Positions 32,418 through 42,852 of a DNA stretch of 64,000 bases are shown here, piece after piece. The first letter of the stretch is position 1, and each line of letters begins with the position of its first letter. A program made the translations under genes and the position numbers. The notes below the pieces were generated by a model. The model saw only the letters and a list, made by a program, of their open reading frames with translations. It was not told where the DNA came from and made no database searches. The stretch lies in NCBI GenBank assembly GCA_965216755.1, contig CBDCGL010000011.1, positions 256,001-320,000 on the forward strand. The letters are read 5' to 3'. This DNA comes from Alphaproteobacteria bacterium (lineage in GTDB: Bacteria; Pseudomonadota; Alphaproteobacteria; UBA7887).

Positions 32418-33935
32418 AGTCGTCCGTGAAGTATCTGTAACGGTCTGAATTAGAGACGAAGTAAGCGCTGCGACAATAGTCAGACTTGCAGGATTTTGGG
32501 TGTATGAAGACCGATTTCTTGCAATTTGCGTTGGCGGTTGAGCTGTGATTCATTGTGCCAAATGGCGATGAGGGCACGATGAAACCAAGAGAGCCAGAGA
32601 CCACGGGGCAGAGCGATTTTTTTCGGGCGCGGCTGGATCAAATCTTGGACATGGGCCACGAGAAGGTGGTTTTGGCGGACACGATTGATTGGCAGTTTTT
32701 GGCCGATCAGTGCGGCGCGGTTTACATCGACGGTCCGGGTTACCCGCCGCTTTCAACGCGGTTGATGGCCGGTCTCCACATCTTGAAATATGCCGACAAC
32801 CTGTCGGATGAAGAGCTTTGCCGGCGCTGGGTGGAGAACCCGTATTATCAATATTTTTGTGGCGAAGAATTCTTCCGTCATGAACTACCGCTGGATCGCT
32901 CTTCGATGACACGTTGGCGGCAACGCATGGGTGAGGAGCGGCTTCAGGCTTTGTTGCAGGAAAGCCTTTCGGTGGCTGTGGACATCGGCGCAGCGACGCC
33001 TCGCGAATTTACGAAAGTGATTATCGATACAACAGTTGCCGAGAAGAACATCGCGTTTCCGACTGACGCCAAGCTGATCCATCGCGCCCGCGAACGGCTG
33101 GTCAAACAAGCCAAAGCGGAAGGCATTGCGTTACGCCAATCCTATCGGCGTGTTGGCAAGAAGGCGCTAATTGCCTATCAGCGTTATGCCCACGCCAAAC
33201 AACACAAGCGGGCGCGCAAGCAGCTGCGCCGCCTGAAGACCTATCTTGGCCGAACGGTGCGCGACATTGGGCGCAAGATCAAAGGCAACCCAGATCTGGA
33301 AGACGCCTTCCGACGACCCCTATGGTTGGCGACACGGGTGATGACCCAGAAGCAACGCGATCCGTTGCCCAAGGTTTATGCCCTGCACGCGCCGGAGGTG
33401 GAGTGCATTGGCAAAGGCAAAGCCCACAAACCTTATGAGTTCGGCGTCAAGGCTTCGGTCGCCACCACCCTCAAGCGGTCAAAGGGCGGCCAGTTTGTTG
33501 TCCACGTCCAAGCCCTGTCGGGCCGGCCCTATGATGGGCACACCCTTGGGACCGTCATTCCCCGGATCGAAGCGTTCACCGGCGTCACGCTCACGCGTAT
33601 CCTTACCGATGCCGGCTACAAGGGCCACAATGCGCCCAACAGCCACAGGTTCCGCGTCTTCACCGCCGGACAAAAACGCCGCGTCACAGCCGCCATCAAA
33701 CGTCAGATGAAACGACGTTCGGCCGTCGAACCCGTCATCGGTCATCTCAAGTCCGGCCACCCCATGAATACAAACTATCTCGCCCACAAACAGGGCGACG
33801 CAATCAATCCAGTTCTTGCTGCTGCCGGATACAACTTCCGCCTGATCTTGAATTGGATCAGGCTTCCTGTGCTCCAACTTTGGACACTCACCTGCGTCAG
33901 AAACGCACACCAATTCGCTTAGTTCACGGTCGACT
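32418..33935 (+). mobile_element. IS5-family insertion sequence
   Basis: IRs AGTCGTCCGTGAA / AGTCGACCGTGAA; CAAT duplicated at 32414-32417 and 33936-33939. Confidence 0.88.
32579..33922 (+). CDS. IS5-family transposase
   Basis: WVENPYYQYFCG, IDTTVAEKNIAFPTD, KGKAHKPYEFGVK, DAGYKG, RRSAVEPVIGHLK. Confidence 0.93.
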   Translation: MKPREPETTGQSDFFRARLDQILDMGHEKVVLADTIDWQFLADQCGAVYIDGPGYPPLSTRLMAGLHILKYADNLSDEELCRRWVENPYYQYFCGEEFFRHELPLDRSSMTRWRQRMGEERLQALLQESLSVAVDIGAATPREFTKVIIDTTVAEKNIAFPTDAKLIHRARERLVKQAKAEGIALRQSYRRVGKKALIAYQRYAHAKQHKRARKQLRRLKTYLGRTVRDIGRKIKGNPDLEDAFRRPLWLATRVMTQKQRDPLPKVYALHAPEVECIGKGKAHKPYEFGVKASVATTLKRSKGGQFVVHVQALSGRPYDGHTLGTVIPRIEAFTGVTLTRILTDAGYKGHNAPNSHRFRVFTAGQKRRVTAAIKRQMKRRSAVEPVIGHLKSGHPMNTNYLAHKQGDAINPVLAAAGYNFRLILNWIRLPVLQLWTLTCVRNAHQFA

Positions 33936-33955
33936 CAATAAGGTCCGAAAATTGT

Positions 33956-34357
33956 CTAGCTTTTATTCGCTACTCTATCCAGCTGGTCCCTAAATGAGTC
34001 ACGGCGAAATAACGCATAAGCCAGAATTAGCGTGAAACAGGCCAAGACAAACATTTTGTTTACGAACCAGTTAGTTAGCCAAATATTCCAGTTCGGCGCG
34101 GACAGGAACAACACCATTTTTGCGACTACTATAACAATCTCGGCTGTGGAGACCGCGACCGCCAGTGCAAATGTGTGGCGCGGGCGGTGCAGCAGCGCCC
34201 AACCCAACCAAATGTGAACCACCCACCAAAAATCCCAATAGACATGTTGGAGAGCTGGCAGATCGTGCGCAAAGGCGTAGGCGATCGGAAAGGCGAACTT
34301 GATGGTCAAGGTCCACGCCGCCAAAATGAACAAGAAATGTGCAAAAAAGGGTACCAA
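33956..34357 (-). CDS. hypothetical membrane protein (about 4 TM)
   Basis: Hydrophobic ORF with YWDFWWVVH and WFVNK; start uncertain. Confidence 0.65.
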   Translation of the reverse strand: MVPFFAHFLFILAAWTLTIKFAFPIAYAFAHDLPALQHVYWDFWWVVHIWLGWALLHRPRHTFALAVAVSTAEIVIVVAKMVLFLSAPNWNIWLTNWFVNKMFVLACFTLILAYALFRRDSFRDQLDRVANKS

Positions 34358-34724
34358 CGTCAAACCACGTGATGTGTGTAGTTGGGACGATGGGCCGACC
34401 CTAACGCAACATTCCACTTGTTTGAAACAAATCCGTCGCTGATTGCGAGGCACCGGAATTGGCGCCAACGATTATTGCCAGCGCGCCCTGGGACGGTCTG
34501 GCATGCCGAGATTCCGCCGCCTGCGCCCAATGGTCGGTCGTTCCGCGCTCGCCATGAAATGCAACAATGCCGATTGCACGCCGATATTTCCGGAGTTTGC
34601 ACCACGCATTCCGCGCGTGGTGACCAACATCAGCTTGGCGCCGCCATGTGTCGTCGTTGGTTTCGACGACGACCCCGAACGGGCCCCAAAACGAGCCAAA
34701 CCATCAAATTGCGCGTACAGCCCA

Positions 34725-35933
34725 TCAAGCCAGACGCGACACAGCTTCTCGCATAAAGTGTGGGATCGGAAGAGACCCTGGGCACGCGCCGCGACATGGT
34801 TGTGCTGTACATGTGAGGCACGGTGCCGCGTCGGTGTTCAGTTTGCCGTAATCCTCGCGCGCAAATCGCACATCCCCATAATCAACGGCGTACATCCGTG
34901 CGCGCAGAACTTCCGAAATCTGAACACCGGCCGGACAGGCGGACTCACAATCGCCGCAACCGTGCTGGCAATATTTTGATGTCTGCATTGCGGCATAGGT
35001 CGAGAGTAGCGCCAATTCTGATTGGCGAATCCGCCGTGAGCCAGATGCGCGCACATACTCGTCCATGTCTTCCCGCGACGTCATGGATACAATCAGTCCG
35101 TCCACATGGGGGCGGGACAAAGTCCAGCGAAAAGCTGCTTGGGCATAGGTGCCACCATCCTGTTCGAACGGACGCATGTCGTTCAGCCGGGCGCCCATCA
35201 GCGTCTTCATCGCAATTACACCCACGCCCTTGTCATGGGCTTTCGCCAGTACCGGCGGCAATTCGGGTTGTAAGGCAACAAAATGAAAGGTCTGCCGCAC
35301 GCGGTCAAAAAACGCCGGATCCAAACCAAAATTATAAGCGGCCAATACCACATCAACCAAGTCGTTATCCAATGCGAAATGCAGGCACTCGACCAAACGA
35401 CTGCCGTGGCCGGATACACCACGAAATCGAATTTTTCCTTGCCTCTTTGCGCGTTCGGTAAACTCCCACCACGCCGTGTTTTGTAGTCGGGCGACGTCGT
35501 TCACGGCGTGATTGAAATAGATATCGACATAGTCGGTTCCGAGCCGTTTGAGGCTTTTGTCCAACACGCTCATCATGGCGTCGGCAGAATCCGTCGCGCG
35601 GGATTTTGATTTGGTAGATATCACAACGCGATCGCGAACACCTTTGAGACCGCGTCGGATGGCGTTCTCCGAGTCGCCAAAGCGGTAGCTCTCTGCCGTA
35701 TCAAAGTATGTGATGCCGCGATCCACAGCATATCTTACGAGGCGTGGATCCGCCAGACGACTTGATCCAAACGAAATATCGGAAATCTTGAGCCCGGTGC
35801 GCCCAAGCGTGACGTGATCTCGAATTTGCGGCGACTCGGCTGTTGTCTCGTCGGGTCGAGCAAAACTCGTACTGCTATTGAGGCCGACACTCGCCGTGAG
35901 GCCGACGCCCAAGAATGATCGCCGATTGAGCAT
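34725..35933 (-). CDS. Tat-exported aldo/keto reductase with C-terminal Fe-S domain
   Basis: NRRSFLG Tat motif, LGRTGLKIS, YFDTAESY, CQHGCGDCESACP and CLTC..PCRGACP. Confidence 0.85.
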   Translation of the reverse strand: MLNRRSFLGVGLTASVGLNSSTSFARPDETTAESPQIRDHVTLGRTGLKISDISFGSSRLADPRLVRYAVDRGITYFDTAESYRFGDSENAIRRGLKGVRDRVVISTKSKSRATDSADAMMSVLDKSLKRLGTDYVDIYFNHAVNDVARLQNTAWWEFTERAKRQGKIRFRGVSGHGSRLVECLHFALDNDLVDVVLAAYNFGLDPAFFDRVRQTFHFVALQPELPPVLAKAHDKGVGVIAMKTLMGARLNDMRPFEQDGGTYAQAAFRWTLSRPHVDGLIVSMTSREDMDEYVRASGSRRIRQSELALLSTYAAMQTSKYCQHGCGDCESACPAGVQISEVLRARMYAVDYGDVRFAREDYGKLNTDAAPCLTCTAQPCRGACPGSLPIPHFMREAVSRLA

Positions 35934-36103
35934 AGTAGGCCACTGCCCCCGCAATTTTGTCGGTTACCTTAGCGGTCTGCGAGGGCGTGCGCAAATACCG
36001 GCGCGCAAGCGCGTGTCTATCCGACATGTAACCATTTTTGCGTGCGGTGGCGATCCGCGCGGACGGCGCTGGCACGGGGCCATACATTCGGGACGTACCC
36101 GAT

Positions 36104-39103
36104 TCAGCTGGCGCGGCGCGCGCGCGGTGCGTTAGCGATTTTGGCTGGGGTTGTGCGGTCGGCTTCCGCTTCAACGTCGGTCGGCGCGACCTTATTTCGC
36201 ATACACTGCAATATAGCTTGCTTCAACTTGTCTCGATCCAGTGGTTTGGAGACATAGTCGTTCATGCCCGCTTTGAGGCAGATACGACGATCGGTGGTCG
36301 TCGCATTTGCAGAGACACCGATGATTGGAATATGCGCAATTGGTCCCTCGGATTGTCTCAGGATCTGAGTTGCCGCGATGCCATCCATGGTTGGCATCTG
36401 CACGTCCATTAAGATGATATCAAAATCCGCTGATGTTGCGGTTTCGACAGCTTCCAAGCCGTTTGGAACGATGGTCGTTGAATGACCCCAGCTGTCTAGA
36501 AGCCTCTCCAACAGCATCTGGTTCACCTTGTTATCTTCGGCGACCAGGATGTTAAGCGCGACAATCGGGGGATCGTTACCGACGACTCCCGTTTGGTTGA
36601 CGTCTTGGTTCTGAATATCGACCGGCATCTGGCAAACCATCGTGCACCAAAATTTGCTGCCGACACCCTGTTCACTTTCTAGATCTATGGCGCCGCCCAT
36701 CATTTCGGCAAGTTGTCGACAGATCGCCAAACCAAGGCCGCTGCCACCGAAGCGACGATTGGTGGAGCTTTCAGCTTGCGTAAAACGCTCAAACAAGTCA
36801 GCTTGTACGTCTTTCGGAATGCCAATGCCCGTGTCTTCGACAACAATTCGTACCGCAACGTCATCTTGATCAAGTTGACGGCAGGAAACATCGATTTTTA
36901 CGCTGCCTGCGTCGGTAAACTTGATCGCATTGCCGACCAAATTAAACAATATTTGCCTTATGCGTGTCGGATCGCCAATAAGTCCTTGGTGTGGTTCGTC
37001 TGAGACGGATGCTATGAGCTCCAAGCCTTTTTCTTGTGCACGCGGCCTGAGCAGAGTCGCCACGCCTTGCACCACGGCTCCGAGGTCAAGGGGGATCAGC
37101 TCCAGTTTAACACGCCCAGCTTCCAGTTTCGAATAATCCAAAATATCGTCGATAATGCTCAACAAGCTTTCCGCCGACTCGCGCGCGACGTTCATAAAGT
37201 GTGTTTGTTCCTCATCGAGGCGCGTGTCAAACAGCAAATCGAGCATGCCGATAACGCCATTCATTGGTGTGCGAATTTCATGGCTCATTGTTGCCAGAAA
37301 CTCGGATTTTGCCTGATTTGCGGCGTCCGCGGCGTCACGCGCCTGGGCCAGTTCGGCCGCGTGCTCTGCCCTCTTGGTTGCCTCTGACTCGAGCTGCGCG
37401 CCCGTGACCCGCAGTTCGTGAACGTGGTCACGCAAATCGCCAAGTGTCTGTTGCAGAGCTGCTTCTTTCTTCTGCCGTTTGGTCAAGTTCCGGAAGGCGA
37501 CCACGAGCTCGCCGGTCTTACCGTCATTCAAGATCGGGGTCAGTGTGAGTTCCGCCGGTAGCGGTGAGCCGTTCTTGTGCCAAAATAGTTCATTGATTTC
37601 GGTGCCACTTCTTCCCTTGCGCTGGGCGTCGGCTATTGGGCATTCCTCGTGTGGGTACGGCGTCCCATCCGGCCGCGAGTGATGCAGCACGGTATGCGCG
37701 TGTTTGCCGATCAGTTCCCAAGAGCCGTAACCAAGTGCGTCGCAAGCAGCCGGATTAATGAATGTGATCAATCCGCTGCCGTCCACCGCAAAGACGCCGT
37801 CACCAACTGTTCGGAGCAAAAGGTCGCTTCGAGTCTCTGCGTCGCGCAGGGATTTTTGCGTCTTGGCGCGCCGCTGTTCGTTGTACAGGGCAGCGATCAA
37901 GCTGCCGCACGCCGCGCTAAGGGGGGCTAGGAACTCTACAATTTCTTGATTGTAGCCGCCCGGTCGATCGGCCACGACGACCATACCGACCAGATTGTCG
38001 CCGTGATGGAAAGGCAAGGCCAGATAGGCGTCGCTCGCGACCGGTTCGTCTGGCATGTGCCTTAGATCCTGGTTGTTCACGCTGTCGCCGCCAAACAACG
38101 TTTTGCGAGAAGCCATGACGGCGCCGGCCACCGTATCCGGTGCTCGAATCAAAAGCCCCCTCTCGTCGAGTGCGTGCGGTTGAGGCGACGCAAGGCGGTC
38201 GTCTGCATCGCGCATGGCATGTACGTGAAGGTAGGGGCCATGATCATCGGATAGCACGTTGCCGATATAACCATACCGGCTTTGGGTAAGGGCTACTGCG
38301 CTTTCCAATATTCGATCAAAGAATGTGTGCCAGTTTGTGTGTTCGATAAAATCTGACTGGATCTCTCTCAAATACGAGAGCATCTGATAGCTGTTCTCTA
38401 ATGATTTATTGGTAGATTCAAGGAGTAAAGATTCTTTAGATCGAGATTTTGCATTGTGTATGTATTGAATGGATAAAAGAACTAAAAAGAAAGATACGAT
38501 CAATATTATAGCCACTTCAAATATAAGTATATTGTTTGATATTCTATTATAATAATTCGTGTCATCCTTGTATATTGCAATCGCCCCTTTGAAGTCATTT
38601 ACGTGCATCAAAGGGATGATGACTTCGGAAAGTACAAAAATTTCATCGCGCGAGTTCGTCTCAGTTCGTGTGCTGAAGAACGGTTGGCCGCTTTTGAGTT
38701 GGGCGATGGTCTCGGCGGATAGGGGGCCGGATTCGGGCGCGGATGGGTTTGACATATAAGTGATGCCGCCCTTTGCGCCGACGAACTTGAACCGATAGAA
38801 CCCGCTTGCTTGGGCCAATAGCCCGATCGCTTGGCGCTCAGTACGGCTGATGTGGCCACTCTGCAGCAGGTTGCTGGGGTTGGGAATTTGCCGTAGGAAG
38901 GCGCTTTGCCAGCGCAGCGCGGTCCCCATTGCCTCCTCTCTGAGCAAATAGGATTTGGCCGCACCCGCCGCGTAGGACGTCGCAATGATCATCGCGCAAG
39001 CGCCGAAAAAAGTCGTCACCAGTAGGCGCCAGTCGCCGGCGCGAAGGGCCGCAAGCCTGCCAGGCTTCGCTTTTTGTGCGTCTGGTCCAACCTTGACGTT
39101 CAT
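36104..39103 (-). CDS. membrane hybrid histidine kinase (periplasmic domain, GAF, PAS, HisKA, HATPase, REC)
   Basis: [35 protein letters not shown]; start uncertain. Confidence 0.9.
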   Translation of the reverse strand: MNVKVGPDAQKAKPGRLAALRAGDWRLLVTTFFGACAMIIATSYAAGAAKSYLLREEAMGTALRWQSAFLRQIPNPSNLLQSGHISRTERQAIGLLAQASGFYRFKFVGAKGGITYMSNPSAPESGPLSAETIAQLKSGQPFFSTRTETNSRDEIFVLSEVIIPLMHVNDFKGAIAIYKDDTNYYNRISNNILIFEVAIILIVSFFLVLLSIQYIHNAKSRSKESLLLESTNKSLENSYQMLSYLREIQSDFIEHTNWHTFFDRILESAVALTQSRYGYIGNVLSDDHGPYLHVHAMRDADDRLASPQPHALDERGLLIRAPDTVAGAVMASRKTLFGGDSVNNQDLRHMPDEPVASDAYLALPFHHGDNLVGMVVVADRPGGYNQEIVEFLAPLSAACGSLIAALYNEQRRAKTQKSLRDAETRSDLLLRTVGDGVFAVDGSGLITFINPAACDALGYGSWELIGKHAHTVLHHSRPDGTPYPHEECPIADAQRKGRSGTEINELFWHKNGSPLPAELTLTPILNDGKTGELVVAFRNLTKRQKKEAALQQTLGDLRDHVHELRVTGAQLESEATKRAEHAAELAQARDAADAANQAKSEFLATMSHEIRTPMNGVIGMLDLLFDTRLDEEQTHFMNVARESAESLLSIIDDILDYSKLEAGRVKLELIPLDLGAVVQGVATLLRPRAQEKGLELIASVSDEPHQGLIGDPTRIRQILFNLVGNAIKFTDAGSVKIDVSCRQLDQDDVAVRIVVEDTGIGIPKDVQADLFERFTQAESSTNRRFGGSGLGLAICRQLAEMMGGAIDLESEQGVGSKFWCTMVCQMPVDIQNQDVNQTGVVGNDPPIVALNILVAEDNKVNQMLLERLLDSWGHSTTIVPNGLEAVETATSADFDIILMDVQMPTMDGIAATQILRQSEGPIAHIPIIGVSANATTTDRRICLKAGMNDYVSKPLDRDKLKQAILQCMRNKVAPTDVEAEADRTTPAKIANAPRARRAS

Positions 39104-39247
39104 ATAGCCGAGCCGGGTTATCGGATGGTGAGGAGACGGAACAACACCTGCCCGTGCTACGTGGTCGCACGTGCGCCTTTCCTTTTGAGCATCTCGCAAA
39201 AGGGTTAATTCTGTCTGAGGACTCTCCGAGGCGACGCAGGGCTTTCG

Positions 39248-39262
39248 TTAAACGAATCTTAA
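39248..39262. promoter_or_regulatory. CtrA-type binding site
   Basis: Exact TTAA-acgaatc-TTAA upstream of the hybrid kinase. Confidence 0.5.
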
Positions 39263-39331
39263 TCCCGACACTGTGTCCGGGCATGTATTCTACCGCTGGA
39301 AAGGCACGTTTCGGGCCTGTCACCCGATCGA

Positions 39332-39727
39332 CTATTTGCGCTCCTTTTCTTCGATTGGCCCCCCGGCATCGCGCCAGGCAGCAAAGCCGCCGGCCATATG
39401 CGCGACAGGCTTCAACCCCATCCGTTGCACCGATTGCGTTGCCAGGGCCGACCGCATGCCGCCGGCGCAAAAAAACACGAACCTCTTGCCGCTGGCAAAT
39501 ATTTCTCTGTGATAAGGACTGGCTGGGTCGACCCAGAACTCGAGCATGCCACGCGGGGCGTGCACGGCACCTGGTATGGCACCATCCCGCCACAGCTCGC
39601 GAATATCCCGGATATCGATAAAAAGAACATCTGAGTCGTTGCGCAAGTCCAAGGCTTCGGCCGCCGTAAGTGTAACAACTTCTGCCTCTGCCTCGGCGCA
39701 CAATTCAGCAATTCCTTTTGTGATCAT
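39332..39727 (-). CDS. single-domain rhodanese
   Basis: IDIRDIRE, G.IPGAVHAPRGMLEFW, active-site loop CAGGMRS. Confidence 0.9.
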   Translation of the reverse strand: MITKGIAELCAEAEAEVVTLTAAEALDLRNDSDVLFIDIRDIRELWRDGAIPGAVHAPRGMLEFWVDPASPYHREIFASGKRFVFFCAGGMRSALATQSVQRMGLKPVAHMAGGFAAWRDAGGPIEEKERK

Positions 39728-40281
39728 GACCAGTTCTCCCACTTACACGGGTTGATCGATGCGACGGTGTAGGGGCAGGGGGGTGAAAACGCGGGCACCG
39801 ACGGTTGGTCAAAGAGTGCCGTTTCGTCGCCAGACGCGCAATGCCGCTATTGCTTTGCAATGCAGCCCGCAAAATGCCGCCAATACGCCCGCCTTGGGTT
39901 TCCCCAGACCCTTTGGTCGGCGCCGAAATGGGCGCGCTTGGACCGCGGGAACGCCGGATTATCAGATTCAACAAGGCGCATTCGTTCCCTCTTTGAACCT
40001 GTCGTGTACTTGGCGCACACGGATGACTTTCTTTGAGAGCGGAGCGAGCCGCCTCGTTCTCTTGCAGCGGATAGGACGGTTGATTTCGGCAATCGTGTTC
40101 TTGCGTCGTCCGGCATGGCAGAATGCCGCCGCATTGATTTTTTCCGTGCGAGTTTGCGGTAGCTTACGATATCGTTGTGTCAAATTACATAGCTGCGGGA
40201 ACGAAACGCGGCACCATACGTGATTGAGGTTCGTGGCTGTGGATTTATGTCCGCTCTTCGGACAGCCGCTAAAACGAAACG

Positions 40282-40704
40282 TTGGAAATGATGATTGAAT
40301 CGAAGCCAGATATGCCAGGCCACGGCCCACTTAGCACTCTTCTCGGCCTATGCGCCGGCGTCCTGATGGTCCTCTTGCTCACTGTTCCCGAATCATCGCT
40401 CGCGCGCAGTGAATTCGTTGTGCCCGTAGACAGCCCAGATGAATGCGAAGTCATCCACAATGTCTCGATTTTGTATTATTTCGAGCCGGGCGACGTGACA
40501 ATAAACGCTGGCGATTGTGTGCGCTGGATCAATGACCACTACATCGAGCACAGCGCAGTTGGTATGGATCGAGAGTTCAACACTGGGATTCTGATGCCTG
40601 GGGGAACAGCACTGCTACGCTTTGATGAGCCCGGCGGCGTTCCCTATACCTGCGGTGTACATCCGCTCATGGTGGCCGTTGTGGCGATCGAGGAACGCGC
40701 TTAA
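40282..40704 (+). CDS. exported cupredoxin (amicyanin/plastocyanin-like)
   Basis: FEPGDVTINAGDCVRWIN, H ligand (EHSAV), YTCGVHPLM type-1 copper loop; start uncertain. Confidence 0.82.
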   Translation: MEMMIESKPDMPGHGPLSTLLGLCAGVLMVLLLTVPESSLARSEFVVPVDSPDECEVIHNVSILYYFEPGDVTINAGDCVRWINDHYIEHSAVGMDREFNTGILMPGGTALLRFDEPGGVPYTCGVHPLMVAVVAIEERA

Positions 40705-40719
40705 CACGGTTCACCGTAC

Positions 40720-40764
40720 TCAATCTTCAATCAAACGATTCCGTTTGATTGAAGATTGATCTAG
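40720..40764. repeat. repeat family B fragment forming a perfect hairpin
   Basis: TCAATCTTCAATCAAACG-ATTC-CGTTTGATTGAAGATTGA-TCTAG. Confidence 0.65.
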
Positions 40765-40868
40765 CGCCGCATTTAGGAAATTAAATAGGGCCGCTCACGC
40801 GTTGGTGGGCGGCCTCGCCATTACTGCCCCTGAGCTACACTCATTACAGCCATGAGACAGGACGCTTG

Positions 40869-41171
40869 TTAGTCCAGATCTTCGTTTTCTTTTTCGTTCC
40901 AGGGGTCGTCCATAACTCCGAACGGCAGGGATATGGTTCTGAAGCTCTTCTGTAATTCCTTCTCGCGCGCGATCTCTTCAGACGAACTCATTTTTGCGTA
41001 CTTCGCCTCGGTCGGTCCGCGATAGCCATGAATATTGAGATTCGGTGCCGAAATCTTGCGCTCGGTGTTGCCCTTGCATTCCACACACTGGACCTTGGGA
41101 GAATCCGCCATTCGGTGATGCACGCGATGTATCAGGCGGCAAGGCTCACATACATATTCGTAGATCGGCAT
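40869..41171 (-). CDS. FmdB-family zinc-ribbon protein
   Basis: MPIYEYVCEPC...CVECKG..ERKISAP. Confidence 0.85.
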   Translation of the reverse strand: MPIYEYVCEPCRLIHRVHHRMADSPKVQCVECKGNTERKISAPNLNIHGYRGPTEAKYAKMSSSEEIAREKELQKSFRTISLPFGVMDDPWNEKENEDLD

Positions 41172-41234
41172 AGACTCTATCTCAGGTAACCGACGGTCAG
41201 GCCGAGGCCCGACCGTCTGTCACGAACGTTATGT

Positions 41235-42557
41235 TTAGGCCAGTTTGACCCGAGCGTACTCACGCCCCTGATCGTTCACAGCCGTTTCCAACTCCCACAA
41301 ACGGGCAGCGTTGCGGCCGAGAACCTTTTCTTTGATCTCGTCCGTCAAGCGCGGATAGCCGTGGCCATCGACAAGCTCGTCAGGGATCTGGAACCGACGG
41401 AACGCATCGATCTGCCACTGAGGATTGCCCCACAGCAGCGAGTCGGTGCCCCACATCACATAGTCCTCGCCAAGATCGCGAATCAGCGTGCCGAGTACGT
41501 GCGCGCACTCAACTGGTCGCGCCGTGACCGTGGCGGCGAACGTCGAGCCAAGTTCACAATACAGATTGGACCGCTGCGGCTTGAAGCCCTTCAGCGCGCC
41601 AAGTTCGGCATGATACGGCCACGCCGAATGGAAGGCGATAAAGTTCAAGTCCAGGAAGTCGTCGCACACGCGATCGAAGTCTTCGACATGAGCATACCGG
41701 GCCATGAATTGGCCAAACGGAATGCCTTTATGGCAGCCGATATTCTTGATGCCCAGCTCGCGACATTTTTCCCACATCGGGTAAGCGCGTTCTTGATCGT
41801 CGAACCACCAGCCTTTTTGCGGTGTTGAATCAAACGTGTAGAGCTTCAAACCAGTTGCCTGGAAGTCCTTCACGTACATGTCGAGCCGTTCGAGCGTCTC
41901 GCTGACACCTTGGTTGGGTGTTAAGCCGCCGGCCAACATAATCGACCGAGCTGGCCATCGATTGCGCACTTCGACCTGTTCGTCGATCGGCACCATGTCC
42001 TTGCCGCCATAGTCCTCGCGGAAGCCGAACGGGTTATAAATCGCGACGTCGGTGTCGCTGCCGTCCAAGAGCAGCTTTCCGAAGTTCTCGACGTTCATAT
42101 CTTCGGTGCCGTTTTCCAGGCCCATCGATTTGCCGAGGCCATCAAGCAAGTCGACAAACCACTTGCCGCGCTCGGTCATGTTGACGCCAAGCTTATAGCC
42201 GTCATCACGGCGGCAGATATGCGTGTGTTGATCGACGACAAACCCGGTCTTGCCTTTCAGGTTCTCACGCACTTCGTCGAGCGCCGCCAGCTCCTGCGCT
42301 TCGGCCTTGCTGACATTGAAGAAATTCATGCCGGTCACTTCGTTCACAGCCAACATGGCCCCGGCAAACCCCAGTGCTGACTTGAAGAACTCGCGACGCG
42401 GAAGTTCCGATTTTTCGGCCATATCTTCCATGCGCTGAGAGACAGCCCGGCCGTGGTCGCCTGTTCTTATGAATGCTGTGCCACCCTGATGCGGGCTGGC
42501 AAGATCGACGCCCTCATCGCCAAAACCTTTGAAGCGATTTAGAAAATTGAATTCCAT
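41235..42557 (-). CDS. amidohydrolase-superfamily (Amidohydro_2) protein
   Basis: DQHTH, GLKLY, CHKG, FHSA, WGTDS, KVLGRNAARL; RBS GGAGG. Confidence 0.88.
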   Translation of the reverse strand: MEFNFLNRFKGFGDEGVDLASPHQGGTAFIRTGDHGRAVSQRMEDMAEKSELPRREFFKSALGFAGAMLAVNEVTGMNFFNVSKAEAQELAALDEVRENLKGKTGFVVDQHTHICRRDDGYKLGVNMTERGKWFVDLLDGLGKSMGLENGTEDMNVENFGKLLLDGSDTDVAIYNPFGFREDYGGKDMVPIDEQVEVRNRWPARSIMLAGGLTPNQGVSETLERLDMYVKDFQATGLKLYTFDSTPQKGWWFDDQERAYPMWEKCRELGIKNIGCHKGIPFGQFMARYAHVEDFDRVCDDFLDLNFIAFHSAWPYHAELGALKGFKPQRSNLYCELGSTFAATVTARPVECAHVLGTLIRDLGEDYVMWGTDSLLWGNPQWQIDAFRRFQIPDELVDGHGYPRLTDEIKEKVLGRNAARLWELETAVNDQGREYARVKLA

Positions 42558-42852
42558 CACGTTTCCTCCCCAAGACCGGATAAGATGCAACCGCGTTGCG
42601 GCGCCCAATCGGATCCCATCTCTCCAGCCACATTACGTGATGACCAGATCGCCGAGCGCACGCCGTGCATAAACCGTCACTAAAAGCTTAAGGCTGTCTC
42701 GACGCCCATGTCAAAGCCTGGTTTGCTTTTTGGAAGCAAATACTTCGGCGCCGAACTTTGTGTGCGCTGCAGCACGAAAAAGTCACGTAGTTGACGCCGA
42801 TTGCCTTTGTCGGGCATACCGGATTTGTTCCAAATGGAAACGCGTCCGGTCG

